Shown one piece after another: positions 37,297-46,279 of a DNA stretch of 64,000 bases. Both the position numbers and the translations under genes were made by a program. The stretch spans positions 736,001 through 800,000 of the forward strand of contig OZ241907.1 of assembly GCA_965203515.1 (NCBI GenBank). The letters are read 5' to 3'. Below the pieces are notes generated by a model. It made no database searches. It was not told the origin of the DNA and was given only the letters and a program-made list of their open reading frames with translations. Every line of letters starts with the position of its first letter. The first letter of the stretch is position 1. The DNA is from Spirochaetia bacterium (GTDB taxonomy: Bacteria > Spirochaetota > Spirochaetia > SZUA-6 > Bin103).

Positions 37297-38658
37297 TCAC
37301 TCGCCTTCGGCTGCCGCCCGCACCACAGGATCGCGCAGCGCGTCGGATACGGCGTCGGCCAGGGCGTCCGCCATCTCCGGTGTGGTCGAGGTGGAGAGCG
37401 CGCACATCTGCAGGGTATGGCCGAGGAAGAAGCCGCGTTCCAGCAGCCCCAGGAACAGCGGCTGCGTCCAGCGGCGGTCGGCGCCGAGCGACGAGCGGTA
37501 GTCCCGCGGCGGCTCCGGCAGGAAGTGGATGGCGAACGCGGAGCCGGTGTTGAGCGCCGTCGCCGGCGCCGGGCAGCCGGTCAGCGCCTGCCGCAGGCCG
37601 CTCGCCAGCCGGTCGCCCAGCTCGTTCAGGTGCGCGAATGCGGCCGGCGTGAGCTCGCGCAGCATCGCCAGGCCGGCGGCAACGGTCACCGGGTGGCTCG
37701 AAAAGGTGCCGCTCTGGCCGACGCCCGCTCCGGCGGCGCCCGCTCCGGCGACCGGGTCGTAGCGGTCCATGATGTCGGCCCGCCCGCCGAAGGCGCCGAC
37801 CGGGAAGCCGCCGCCGACGATCTTGCCGAACGTGGTGAGGTCGGGCGCGATGCCGTAGACCGACTGCGCGCCGCCGCGGGCCAGTCGGAAGGAGACGATC
37901 TCGTCGAAGATCATCGGCACGTCGTGCCGGGCGGTGCTCTCCCGCACGCCGCGGATGAAGTCCGCCGGCAGGTCGAGCACGCCGGCGCGCGGCTCCAGCA
38001 GGACGCATGCCAGGTCGGCGGCATGCTCGCCGATCAGCCGATCGGCCGCCTCCAGGTCGCCGAGCGGCAGCACCAGCGTGTCGGCCACCGCGCCGGCCGA
38101 CATGCCGAGCGCCTGCGGATGGGGCCGCGGCCGCTCGGCCGGGCCGGCCGCTTCCGCAGGCGGCGACACGCTGATCTCCACGGCGTCGTGGCTGCCGTGG
38201 TAGCAGCCCTCGAACTTGGCGATCCGGTTCCGGCCCGTGAACCCGCGCGCCAGCCGAATCGCGTGCAGGGTCGCCTCGGTCCCGGAGTTGCAGAAGCGCA
38301 CCCGTTCCAGGCTGGCCACGCGGCTGCGCAACTCCTCGCACAACTCCTTCTCATGGCCCATCGGCGCGCCGACCGCGATGCCGCGCCGCAACTGCGCCCG
38401 CACCGCGGCCAGCACGGCCGGATGGTTGTGGCCCAGGATCTGCCCGGTGTGGTGGTTGGCGAAGTCGGCGTACCGGTTGCCGTCCGCGTCGAACAGGTAC
38501 GCGCCGTCGCCGCGCTCCATGGTCAGCGGGTAGGGGCGGTAGAAGTAGGCGCCCTTGGCGACGCCGCCGGGGGTCGACTCCGCAAGGGCGGCGAAGCGCT
38601 CCCGGGAGCGGGGATGGGCGGCGAAGTAGCGCGCCTCGAGCTCGTTTGCCGGTTTCAT
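37297..38658 (-). CDS. Class III aminotransferase (glutamate-1-semialdehyde aminomutase-like)
   Basis: FCNSGTEA, KFEGCYHG, IFDEIV, TTFGKIVGGGFP, SGTF. Confidence 0.9.
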   Translation of the reverse strand: MKPANELEARYFAAHPRSRERFAALAESTPGGVAKGAYFYRPYPLTMERGDGAYLFDADGNRYADFANHHTGQILGHNHPAVLAAVRAQLRRGIAVGAPMGHEKELCEELRSRVASLERVRFCNSGTEATLHAIRLARGFTGRNRIAKFEGCYHGSHDAVEISVSPPAEAAGPAERPRPHPQALGMSAGAVADTLVLPLGDLEAADRLIGEHAADLACVLLEPRAGVLDLPADFIRGVRESTARHDVPMIFDEIVSFRLARGGAQSVYGIAPDLTTFGKIVGGGFPVGAFGGRADIMDRYDPVAGAGAAGAGVGQSGTFSSHPVTVAAGLAMLRELTPAAFAHLNELGDRLASGLRQALTGCPAPATALNTGSAFAIHFLPEPPRDYRSSLGADRRWTQPLFLGLLERGFFLGHTLQMCALSTSTTPEMADALADAVSDALRDPVVRAAAEGE

Positions 38659-38707
38659 GGGTGAGCGCGACCGACTATAGCAGCGCTGCCGGCCGGCGGG
38701 CAGGTGG

Positions 38708-40210
38708 TCACCTCGACTTCCCTATGTTCTTGCGTGATACGCCGCCTTTGCGTCGCAGGTCGAGGCCGAACAGATAGAGATCCGGCACGTCGATCCGGTC
38801 GTCGGAACGCTTGCGGAAGATGCCGAGCTCGACCAGGTAGTCGACCAGGCGGTCAGGTCGTTCCGCCGGGGGGCGGATACCGGCGTTCACGCCCGACGTC
38901 CAGGTCCCGTTCCAATCCTGCTCCAACAGGGTCACGATTTCCGTACGGGACCACGGGACGAGCCGCTGTTCGCGGAGACGCTCCCGCACCCCTTCGAGCC
39001 ACGGCCACTCGCTGCTGATCGCTTCCGTCACGTGATCCTTGGACACGTCGTCCAGAGCCTGCCGCAAGGCGGTCGGATGCAGGAGCTTCGGGGGAGCGAG
39101 CGTTCGGTTGGGAGCCTCTTTCAGAGCTGCCTGCTCGAACAGCCGTACCAGCGTCCGGGGCGATATCTGCACGTTCCCGTCTCGAAGATGATCGAGCACC
39201 CAGTTGCGTACGTAGCCCTTCTTTCGCCCGGCGCCCATGTACTCTCCGGCAAGACGCTCCAGAAGCGAGTATGCGTTCTCGGGCTTGTCGATCTTGGGCA
39301 GCAGTCCAAGCGTCTCGTCCTGATCGAACGCGATTCGCGCCCCGCGACAGTAATCGGCAAGCGCCTCCGAGGTGTTCGCGATGCGTTTCACCAGCATGCC
39401 GAGCATGGCCGTATCCGACCAGCCGAGCTCCGATCGATTGGCGGCGAGCTTGGCGAAGTCAGCGGTGCCCATGCCCGCATGACGGCGAAACAGATCCGAT
39501 CGCAAGAAGATCTTGGCCCGGATTCTCTGCCATCGCCGGCTGTAGTCCGACCAGAAGGCGACGAGTCCGCGAACCAGGCGGGCCATCAGTTCCCAATCGA
39601 AACCGCCCAGCGTGTCGAGCTCGTCGTATCCGACGAAGATCCATCGGTCCTCGTTCCTCAGGCGTTGGTCCAATGCGTCGAGCGCTGCCGTGGGATTCGC
39701 CGGCAGCTTCCGCTCCGCTTCGAGAACCGCGGCAAGGTCCGCGGCCATCGGCGCCGTCAAAGGGCTGAGACTCTGCTTGAGTCGATCGTCGAATTCGTCC
39801 TCGAGGCTTCGTACGAGCATGACGTACCAGAGGGTCTTCGCTCGTTCGTCCGACCGGACGTGCTGCGCCAGCGCCCGACTGTCCGGAAAATCGATGCCGG
39901 CCGGGTACGCCGGCTTCCAGGTCGTGGACGAGGGCCGAATCCGATGATGTTCCACGCTCGGAGCCCGATGCATCATTGCGTCGGCGACCTCTGCATGCTC
40001 GAAGAACAAGCGGAACAATTCGCTCTTGCCGGAGCCGCGCGGACCGACGACCAGCACCACGTTCGGGTCGAGCGCCCGCAGATGCTCGGGGATGGGATAC
40101 AGGCGGCGCGCGAACAGATGCGGTGTTTCAGCTTCCGCCTGGCCGTAGCCCAGGTCGCTGAGTCGGGTACGCAATGCGGCGCAAGCCTGCTTGGTGAGTC
40201 TCCGGCTCAT
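38708..40210 (-). CDS. P-loop ATPase of unknown function (STAND/Sll1717-like)
   Basis: VVGPRGSGKS Walker A, FVGYDELD Walker B, KIFLRSDLF, C-terminal VPDLYLFGLDLRRKGG. ATGA overlap with the upstream gene. Confidence 0.8.
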   Translation of the reverse strand: MSRRLTKQACAALRTRLSDLGYGQAEAETPHLFARRLYPIPEHLRALDPNVVLVVGPRGSGKSELFRLFFEHAEVADAMMHRAPSVEHHRIRPSSTTWKPAYPAGIDFPDSRALAQHVRSDERAKTLWYVMLVRSLEDEFDDRLKQSLSPLTAPMAADLAAVLEAERKLPANPTAALDALDQRLRNEDRWIFVGYDELDTLGGFDWELMARLVRGLVAFWSDYSRRWQRIRAKIFLRSDLFRRHAGMGTADFAKLAANRSELGWSDTAMLGMLVKRIANTSEALADYCRGARIAFDQDETLGLLPKIDKPENAYSLLERLAGEYMGAGRKKGYVRNWVLDHLRDGNVQISPRTLVRLFEQAALKEAPNRTLAPPKLLHPTALRQALDDVSKDHVTEAISSEWPWLEGVRERLREQRLVPWSRTEIVTLLEQDWNGTWTSGVNAGIRPPAERPDRLVDYLVELGIFRKRSDDRIDVPDLYLFGLDLRRKGGVSRKNIGKSR

Positions 40211-41526
40211 CGTCGTGATTCCCTCATACGTTGCCGGACGGTGCGGACCCGCTCCGCGAGCTGCTTGTAGGGTTCGCCTTCGAGGAGGACGTCTCTCACT
40301 TCGCTCAGATCGCGGAACAGCGCGAGGCGCTCGTCGTAGGAGAGGACGACCGGAACGTGGGGGGCGTCGGTGCTCTCCACGTCGTCCATGGTCCAGAACT
40401 CGTCCCCCTGCTCCGGCTCCGAGTAGTAGTGGGCGCTGAACGCATCGCGGGCGCGGTCGGTAAACGTCGAGATCGACGCCTGATACTGGCGCTCCTGGGA
40501 TCGCGGCACCATCGCTGCCATCAATACGCATTCGGCCTGGGGTTCCTGCGCACGCACCCGATCTGCTCCGAGCCGATCCAGAATCACCTCCAGGCCGCGC
40601 CAGCTCGCGTCGGCCAACGTTCCTGCCAATACGTGGATGTGGCACAGGCCGCCCATCACGAAGCCGGATACGTTGCCGAGTCCGGCGCGGGCGTCGACGA
40701 GTATCCAGTGCGGGCGGAGGTCCTTGCGGACTTCTTGCAGGAGTTGGACGAACGGATGCGTCTGACCGAGCGGCGGAACGCCGTAGTCCAGCCGCGCCAG
40801 CTTCCCGACGTACCGCCGATCGGTGGAGCCGGCCGGAAGCACCGCGATCTCCCCCGGCCCGGAAAACAGCGAGGTCGGACACCGATGGCAGTAGTCGGCG
40901 AGGTCGAGGTCGCCGCCGCCGGCGATGATCGGCCACTCGAGCAGATAGTCGGCGATGCCCCACGGCGCGGTTGCACCATCGTGCCCCGCCAACAGAAAGC
41001 CGACGCCGGGGGCATCGAGATCGCAATCGAGCACGGCGACGCGCTCACCGGCCGCAGCCAGGTGCAGAGCCGTGGCCGCCAGCGCCGTCGATCTACCGAC
41101 TCCGCCTTTGAATGAATAGAACGATACGATCGCCGGATGGTCTTGCCGAATCCTCCACGGAGGTTCGGCAGGCGCCTGGAACCAGCCCTCCTTGGTGCGC
41201 TGCCGTTCCATGGTCCGCAGCGCGGCCGTATCGGGAACGGCATCGGCCCGTTGCCACGCATCGTCCTGCCACGGACCATCCGGAGCTTCCGTCTTTCCGC
41301 AGCCCTTGAGTACGTCGCCGGACCAGTATGCCGACGCCGCGTCCCGAAGGCGCCGGTCGATCTCCGTACTGGCCGCATCCCAGTCCTTTGCCGGGCACCA
41401 CAGGATGACTCGGAGTCGATAGAACAGATCGTAGATCAACAGAATGCGCCACGCACCTTTCTTGTCCTTAAGATAATTGCCCAGGAAATCCCGTGCTTGG
41501 CCGTGCGCCTGGTCGGCATGAATCAT
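40207..41526 (-). CDS. ParA/MinD-like ATPase, KGGVGR variant, with N-terminal extension
   Basis: FYSFKGGVGRST, LDCDLDAPG, ILVDARAG; ~140 aa extra N-terminal domain. TGATG overlap with the HEPN gene. Confidence 0.85.
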   Translation of the reverse strand: MIHADQAHGQARDFLGNYLKDKKGAWRILLIYDLFYRLRVILWCPAKDWDAASTEIDRRLRDAASAYWSGDVLKGCGKTEAPDGPWQDDAWQRADAVPDTAALRTMERQRTKEGWFQAPAEPPWRIRQDHPAIVSFYSFKGGVGRSTALAATALHLAAAGERVAVLDCDLDAPGVGFLLAGHDGATAPWGIADYLLEWPIIAGGGDLDLADYCHRCPTSLFSGPGEIAVLPAGSTDRRYVGKLARLDYGVPPLGQTHPFVQLLQEVRKDLRPHWILVDARAGLGNVSGFVMGGLCHIHVLAGTLADASWRGLEVILDRLGADRVRAQEPQAECVLMAAMVPRSQERQYQASISTFTDRARDAFSAHYYSEPEQGDEFWTMDDVESTDAPHVPVVLSYDERLALFRDLSEVRDVLLEGEPYKQLAERVRTVRQRMRESRR

Positions 41527-41951
41527 CAGATCGTTCCGTCGATTCTCAGGCCGCCGATGATTGTCGAATAGATCGCGGCAGCTTCCTGCAGCCGCGTTCG
41601 GGCGGTAGCGGCAGTGACATGTTCGGCCTGGTAGCGCATTTCCGGCTTCCACGTGAGGATATCCGAACCGCTCAGAGTCGCTGTAGCGGATACGTATATT
41701 CGCTGCGTTCGGGGGCCTGCTTGAGCGGCGACGATATCTAATGTGCTGTTGAGTGCCTGCAGGTCATGCGAGCGACGAATCAACCCTGTTTCCACCTGCA
41801 TGAGCGCCTTCAACGCGCATTCTACCACGTATCCGGCCAGATACGCAGCGCCGTCATGGCGATCACCGGCCATGAGGACCGAAGCGTCCGTAAGGTGCTT
41901 GCCGGCGGCCTCCGGATAGTCGTCGCCATTGCTCTGCTGCAACCGGCTCAT
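41526..41951 (-). CDS. HEPN-domain protein
   Basis: AAGKHLTDA...AAYLAGYVVECALKA...RRSHDL...WKPEMRY, the classic HEPN helical pattern. Confidence 0.8.
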   Translation of the reverse strand: MSRLQQSNGDDYPEAAGKHLTDASVLMAGDRHDGAAYLAGYVVECALKALMQVETGLIRRSHDLQALNSTLDIVAAQAGPRTQRIYVSATATLSGSDILTWKPEMRYQAEHVTAATARTRLQEAAAIYSTIIGGLRIDGTI

Positions 41952-41959
41952 GTGCGCGT

Positions 41960-42427
41960 TTACCAGCAGCCCAGCAGGCGGCGCAGCAGGACGATCTGAC
42001 CGACGTGGTAGGCGTTGTGGTCGGCCAGCACCAGCGCCTCGCGCAGCAGGGTCTGGCCGGTGCCGTGCGGGATCGGCCGATACAGGTCGGCCGTCGGGTC
42101 CGAGATCAGCCGGACCATCGCCGCGCGGTCGGTCAGGAACGCATCGACGCTTCGCTGCCAGGCGCCGGCCGGCGGCGCCGCGGCGTCGGGCCAGTAGCCG
42201 CCGGGATGCTCGGGCGACACGTGGCCGGGATCGCGGCTGAACTCCAGGATGTCCCACTGCGCGATGCGGAGATGTTCGAGCTGCTGCCACAGGGAGGAGG
42301 CGGCGCCGGCCGGGACCGCTCCGCGCAGATGCTCCGGGACGCCGGCCACCGCCTGCTCGAATGGCACGTGCGCCCCGCGGCCGGCCAGCAGGTTCGCCGC
42401 GTGCTCGCGTACCGCCCGGTCACTCAT
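41960..42427 (-). CDS. DinB-family protein
   Basis: GAH, LEHLRIAQWDIL, LADHNAYHVGQ His triad. Confidence 0.88.
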   Translation of the reverse strand: MSDRAVREHAANLLAGRGAHVPFEQAVAGVPEHLRGAVPAGAASSLWQQLEHLRIAQWDILEFSRDPGHVSPEHPGGYWPDAAAPPAGAWQRSVDAFLTDRAAMVRLISDPTADLYRPIPHGTGQTLLREALVLADHNAYHVGQIVLLRRLLGCW

Positions 42428-42827
42428 CGTGCGCCTCCCGGTCAGTCACCACGGCGTCGATCTCGATCTCCACCACGTGCTCGGGCATCATCAAGCCCGA
42501 CACTTCGGCCATCGTCATGGCCGGCCGGACGGCGCCGAGCAGCTCGGCATGCGCGCGGCCGATCGGGTCGGCGTCGCCGATGTCGGTCACCCAGTAGCGG
42601 GCGCGGACCACGTCGGCCAGCGAGGCGCCCACGTCCCGCAGCGCCCGTTCGATCTTGCGCAGGATGAAGATCGTCTGGCCGTGCGGGTCGCCGACCGCCA
42701 CCGGCCGGCCGTCGCCGCCGGTAGCGCTGGTGCCGGCCACGAACACCAGATCGCCGGCGCGCACGGCGCGCGAATAGCCGTAGCGCTCCTCCCACGGAGC
42801 GCCGGACGAGGTGCGTCGTCTGATCAC
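42420..42827 (-). CDS. RidA/YjgF-family protein
   Basis: WEERYGYSRAVRAG, VAGT, RPAMTM, VEIEIDA. AGGAGG RBS. Confidence 0.9.
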   Translation of the reverse strand: MIRRRTSSGAPWEERYGYSRAVRAGDLVFVAGTSATGGDGRPVAVGDPHGQTIFILRKIERALRDVGASLADVVRARYWVTDIGDADPIGRAHAELLGAVRPAMTMAEVSGLMMPEHVVEIEIDAVVTDREAHDE

Positions 42828-42951
42828 GTCGAGCCTCCTGGCCGGCGGATGACGCCGGATGTTGCCCCCCAGTATGAAGGCGACCCGCCCGCGGCGCGAC
42901 ACGGCGGCAGGGGATCGAGTGATCCGCGGCCGGGCGCTTTCGGGTCGGGAT

Positions 42952-43006
42952 GTGTCATTCTTACCCGGTTCCTGGTCACTATTACGCACGAGTGTCACAA
43001 TGACCC
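42952..43006. promoter_or_regulatory. Three GTCA-N3-T(T/G)AC boxes, candidate enhancer-binding-protein sites
   Basis: GTCAttcTTAC (42954), GTCActaTTAC (42975), GTCAcaaTGAC (42994). Confidence 0.55.
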
Positions 43007-43118
43007 GATAAGCACAGGCTGGCCCGATAGGAACATCCGCGCGTGCGTTTCGTGCCATCGATATAATTCACTTCACGGCAGATGTTTACCGAAATTAATA
43101 GGCGAGCGGTGCGCAAGT

Positions 43119-43134
43119 TGGCACGGGTTCTGCT
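43119..43134 (+). promoter_or_regulatory. Sigma54 (-24/-12) promoter of the hsp20 gene
   Basis: TGGCACGGGTTCTGCT with GG and GC correctly spaced, preceded by an AT-rich tract. Confidence 0.75.
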
Positions 43135-43179
43135 ACATGGGTTGGCATGAGACACGATCTCAACCACAGGAGGAACACC

Positions 43180-43614
43180 ATGAGGACCTTGGTGCCATAC
43201 CGACCCGGACGCGTGAGCCTGTTCGACACGATCGGAGCGATCGACCACGTCTTCGACGCGGTCTTCGCCGAGCCGGTGCGGCGCGCCGGCGCCCCGGCCG
43301 TCGACATCCGCGAGGAGGATGACGGCTATCTGGTGCAGGTCGACCTGCCCGGCGTCGCCGAGCAGGACCTGAAGGTCAGCGTCGACGACAACGTGCTGAC
43401 GATTTCGGCCAAGGCCGGCAAGGACGCCGACCGCAAGGCCGACGGCTACCTGGTACGGGAGCGCCGGTACGCCGGGTACACGCGCAGCTTCGTGCTGCCG
43501 CGCGATGCCGACTCCGGGGGCGTGACCGCCTCGTTCGCGGACGGGCTGCTGACGCTGAACGTCCCGAAGACCGAGGCGAGCAAGGCCCGCCGGATCCCGG
43601 TCAACGCCGCCTAG
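43180..43614 (+). CDS. Hsp20/alpha-crystallin small heat-shock protein
   Basis: PAVDIRE, VDLPGV, ERRY..YTRSFVLP, FADGLLTLNVPK. AGGAGG RBS. Confidence 0.95.
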   Translation: MRTLVPYRPGRVSLFDTIGAIDHVFDAVFAEPVRRAGAPAVDIREEDDGYLVQVDLPGVAEQDLKVSVDDNVLTISAKAGKDADRKADGYLVRERRYAGYTRSFVLPRDADSGGVTASFADGLLTLNVPKTEASKARRIPVNAA

Positions 43615-43637
43615 CCGCGACACGACCGCACGCACGG

Positions 43638-43674
43638 AGGCCCCGCGCCGGCTCCGGCCGGCCCGGGGCCTTTT
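43638..43674 (+). terminator. Intrinsic terminator after hsp20
   Basis: AGGCCCCG...CGGGGCCT stem followed by a T run. Confidence 0.75.
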
Positions 43675-43748
43675 GCGCATTGGGTCCTCGTGAACCGGGA
43701 TGCCAATGCGCCGGCGCGCCGGATCGCGTGACCGGCTATGCTGCCCGC

Positions 43749-46262
43749 ATGACGGACTATCGGCCGATCGATCTGGAACGCCTGTGCAACGCGGGCGTCG
43801 ACGCGTTGCCGGAGCTCGCGCACGAACCGCCGGTCGGCCGGCAGCTCCTGCAGGGGCTGCCGTTCCACATCGGCGGCGCGGAGCCGGAGCCGAGCCGTTG
43901 CCTGATCCGCTGCGGACCGGAGTCGGGCGGGGTGACGATCTCCATCGGGCGCGCCTGCCATACGGTGGTCGTCGCCCACGCCCTGACCGAGAGCCGCCTC
44001 ATGGACGGCGGCCCGCTCGGCCGGCCGGTCGCCGCCTACACGTTCCGCGCCGCCGGCGGCGGCGCGCCGGACGGAGCCTCCGTCACAGCGGTCCGCGAAC
44101 GGTTCGAGATCGCGGCGCCGTTCCGCGACCGCCCGTTCATCGCGGTCGAAGACCGGGGCGAACACCTGCTGCCGCGCTACGAGGGCCGCTGGGACGACGC
44201 CGGGCGGCGCCAGACCGAGGCGTCGCGCGGGCCGGCGACCTGGTTCCTCTGGGCGTGGCGCAACCCCGATCCCGAGCGAGTGGTCGAAGCGCTCGTCATC
44301 GAGCCGGCCGCCGACGGGCCGGCCTTCGTCATCGCCGGCGTCACCACCGGCCACGTCGACGAGCACCCGTTTACCCGCCAGGGACGGCGCGACGTGAAGC
44401 TCACGCTGACCGATCCGGAGGCGGCCCGGCGGCCGTTCGACCTGGACGTGACCGTCGACCGCGGCATCGCCACCTACGCGCATCCGCTGCCCGAGGCGGA
44501 CGCGGAGACCTTCACCGGCGACGCCTATGCCGGCTGGGGAGAGGCGCAGAACCCCGCTGCCAGCCCGGCGTACACGGAGATCGCCGCGACGCCGTCGGCC
44601 ACCGTGTCCGTAACGCAGGACGGCGCTCCCGTGGGCCGCGTGCGCTGGGGAGAGGTCCAGGAGCGCGGCAGCGCCGAGGACGGCGGCCTGCGGGTGGAGC
44701 TGCTGGACGGCGGCCGCAACTGGGTGCACGTGACGGTGCTCGACGCCGACACCGGGCAGCCGGTGCCGTGCCGCGTGCACTTCCGCTCGCCGGCCGGCGT
44801 CCCGTTCCAGCCGCACGGCCACCACAATCAGGTCAACTCCAACAACGGCAGTTGGCACGTCGACGTGGGCGGCGACGTGCGGCTGGGCCAGATCACCTAT
44901 GCCTACATCGACGGCCGCTGTCAGGGCTGGCTGCCGCGCGGCGACGTGATCGTCGACGCGGCGCGCGGCTTCGAGTACCAGCCGCTACGCACCCGCGTGC
45001 GCATCGAACCCGGCCGGCGGGAGCTGACGCTGCGGCTCAAGCGCTGGACCGACATGAACGCGCAGGGGTGGTACTCCGGCGACTCGCACGTCCACTTCCT
45101 GTCCGCGCAGGGCAGCCATACCGAGTCGCAGGGCGAGGACCTGAACGTGGTCAACCTGCTGCAGTCGCAGTGGGGCAGCCTGTTCACCAACGCCGAGGAG
45201 TTCACCGGCGGGGCCAGCGTCCACCAGCAGGGCAACAACATCGTCTACGTCAGCCAGGAGAACCGGCAGCACTTCCTGGGTCACCTGATCCTGTGGGGGC
45301 TCAAGGAACCGGTGATGCCGTGGTGCAGCGACGGCCCGGGCGAGGCGGAGCCGGGCGGCAGCCTGGACGTGACCATGAGCGACTGGGCCGATCGGACCCA
45401 CGCGCAGGGCGGCCACGTCATCATCCCGCACCTGCCCAATCCAAACGGCGAGCCGGCCGCGCTGATCGCCACCGGCCGCGCCGACGGCGTGGAGATGCTG
45501 CGGCAGGGCGAGTTCAACCACCTGGAGTACTACCGCTACCTGAACTGCGGCTATCGGCTGCCCCTGGTCGGCGGCACCGACAAGATGTCGAGCGACGTCC
45601 CGATCGGCCTGTACCGGACCTACGCGCGGGTCGGCGACCAGCAGGAGTTCACGTACCGCGCCTGGTGCGACACCGTGCAGCAGGGCCGGACGTTCCTGAG
45701 CGGCGGCCCGCTGATCGGCTTGACCGTCGACGGCGCCGACATCGGCGACACGCTCCGGCTCTCAGCGGCCGGAACGGTGGAGGTGCATGCCTGGGCGGAG
45801 AGCATCCTGCCGATCCACACGCTGCAGATCGTGCAGGAGGGCAGGGTAGTCGCGCAGGCGGACGCCGCCGACACCGGCGGCGCCGGGCGCCGGCGGCTGG
45901 AGCTGCGCGAGACGGTCAGGATCGACCGCCATAGCTGGCTGGCGGCGCGCGTCGGCGGGCCGGGCTACGGCCAGGTCGATCATCACGACGGCTGGCAACG
46001 CGGCATCTTCGCCCACACCTCGCCGGTCTACGTCTCGGTCGGCGGCGAGTGGTCGATGTTCGACCGCGCCGCCGCCGAGTACATGCTCACCCTCATCGAC
46101 GGCTGCCTGTCGTACGTGCGGCACACGGCGCCGCTGCGGCCCGACGCGGAGACCACGTTCCACCACGGCGATCCCGACCACCTGGCCTACCTGGAGCGGC
46201 CGTTCCACGAGGCGCGGGAAGCGATCCATCGCCGCATGCACCGGCTGGGCATCCCGCACTGA
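43749..46262 (+). CDS. CehA/McbA-family (PHP-like) metallohydrolase
   Basis: WYSGDSHVH, GHL, IPH, GGTD, FAHTSPVY. Confidence 0.8.
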   Translation: MTDYRPIDLERLCNAGVDALPELAHEPPVGRQLLQGLPFHIGGAEPEPSRCLIRCGPESGGVTISIGRACHTVVVAHALTESRLMDGGPLGRPVAAYTFRAAGGGAPDGASVTAVRERFEIAAPFRDRPFIAVEDRGEHLLPRYEGRWDDAGRRQTEASRGPATWFLWAWRNPDPERVVEALVIEPAADGPAFVIAGVTTGHVDEHPFTRQGRRDVKLTLTDPEAARRPFDLDVTVDRGIATYAHPLPEADAETFTGDAYAGWGEAQNPAASPAYTEIAATPSATVSVTQDGAPVGRVRWGEVQERGSAEDGGLRVELLDGGRNWVHVTVLDADTGQPVPCRVHFRSPAGVPFQPHGHHNQVNSNNGSWHVDVGGDVRLGQITYAYIDGRCQGWLPRGDVIVDAARGFEYQPLRTRVRIEPGRRELTLRLKRWTDMNAQGWYSGDSHVHFLSAQGSHTESQGEDLNVVNLLQSQWGSLFTNAEEFTGGASVHQQGNNIVYVSQENRQHFLGHLILWGLKEPVMPWCSDGPGEAEPGGSLDVTMSDWADRTHAQGGHVIIPHLPNPNGEPAALIATGRADGVEMLRQGEFNHLEYYRYLNCGYRLPLVGGTDKMSSDVPIGLYRTYARVGDQQEFTYRAWCDTVQQGRTFLSGGPLIGLTVDGADIGDTLRLSAAGTVEVHAWAESILPIHTLQIVQEGRVVAQADAADTGGAGRRRLELRETVRIDRHSWLAARVGGPGYGQVDHHDGWQRGIFAHTSPVYVSVGGEWSMFDRAAAEYMLTLIDGCLSYVRHTAPLRPDAETTFHHGDPDHLAYLERPFHEAREAIHRRMHRLGIPH

Positions 46263-46279
46263 GCCGCGCAGGAGCGCCT

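Noticed and set aside
37297..38658. Calling this gene hemL
   Set aside because: The family is clear, but the divergent N-terminal motifs and lack of tetrapyrrole context make the specific function uncertain.
40207..41526. Chromosome/plasmid partition ParA
   Set aside because: No parB or parS nearby, variant Walker A, long extra domains, and coupling to HEPN and a second ATPase.
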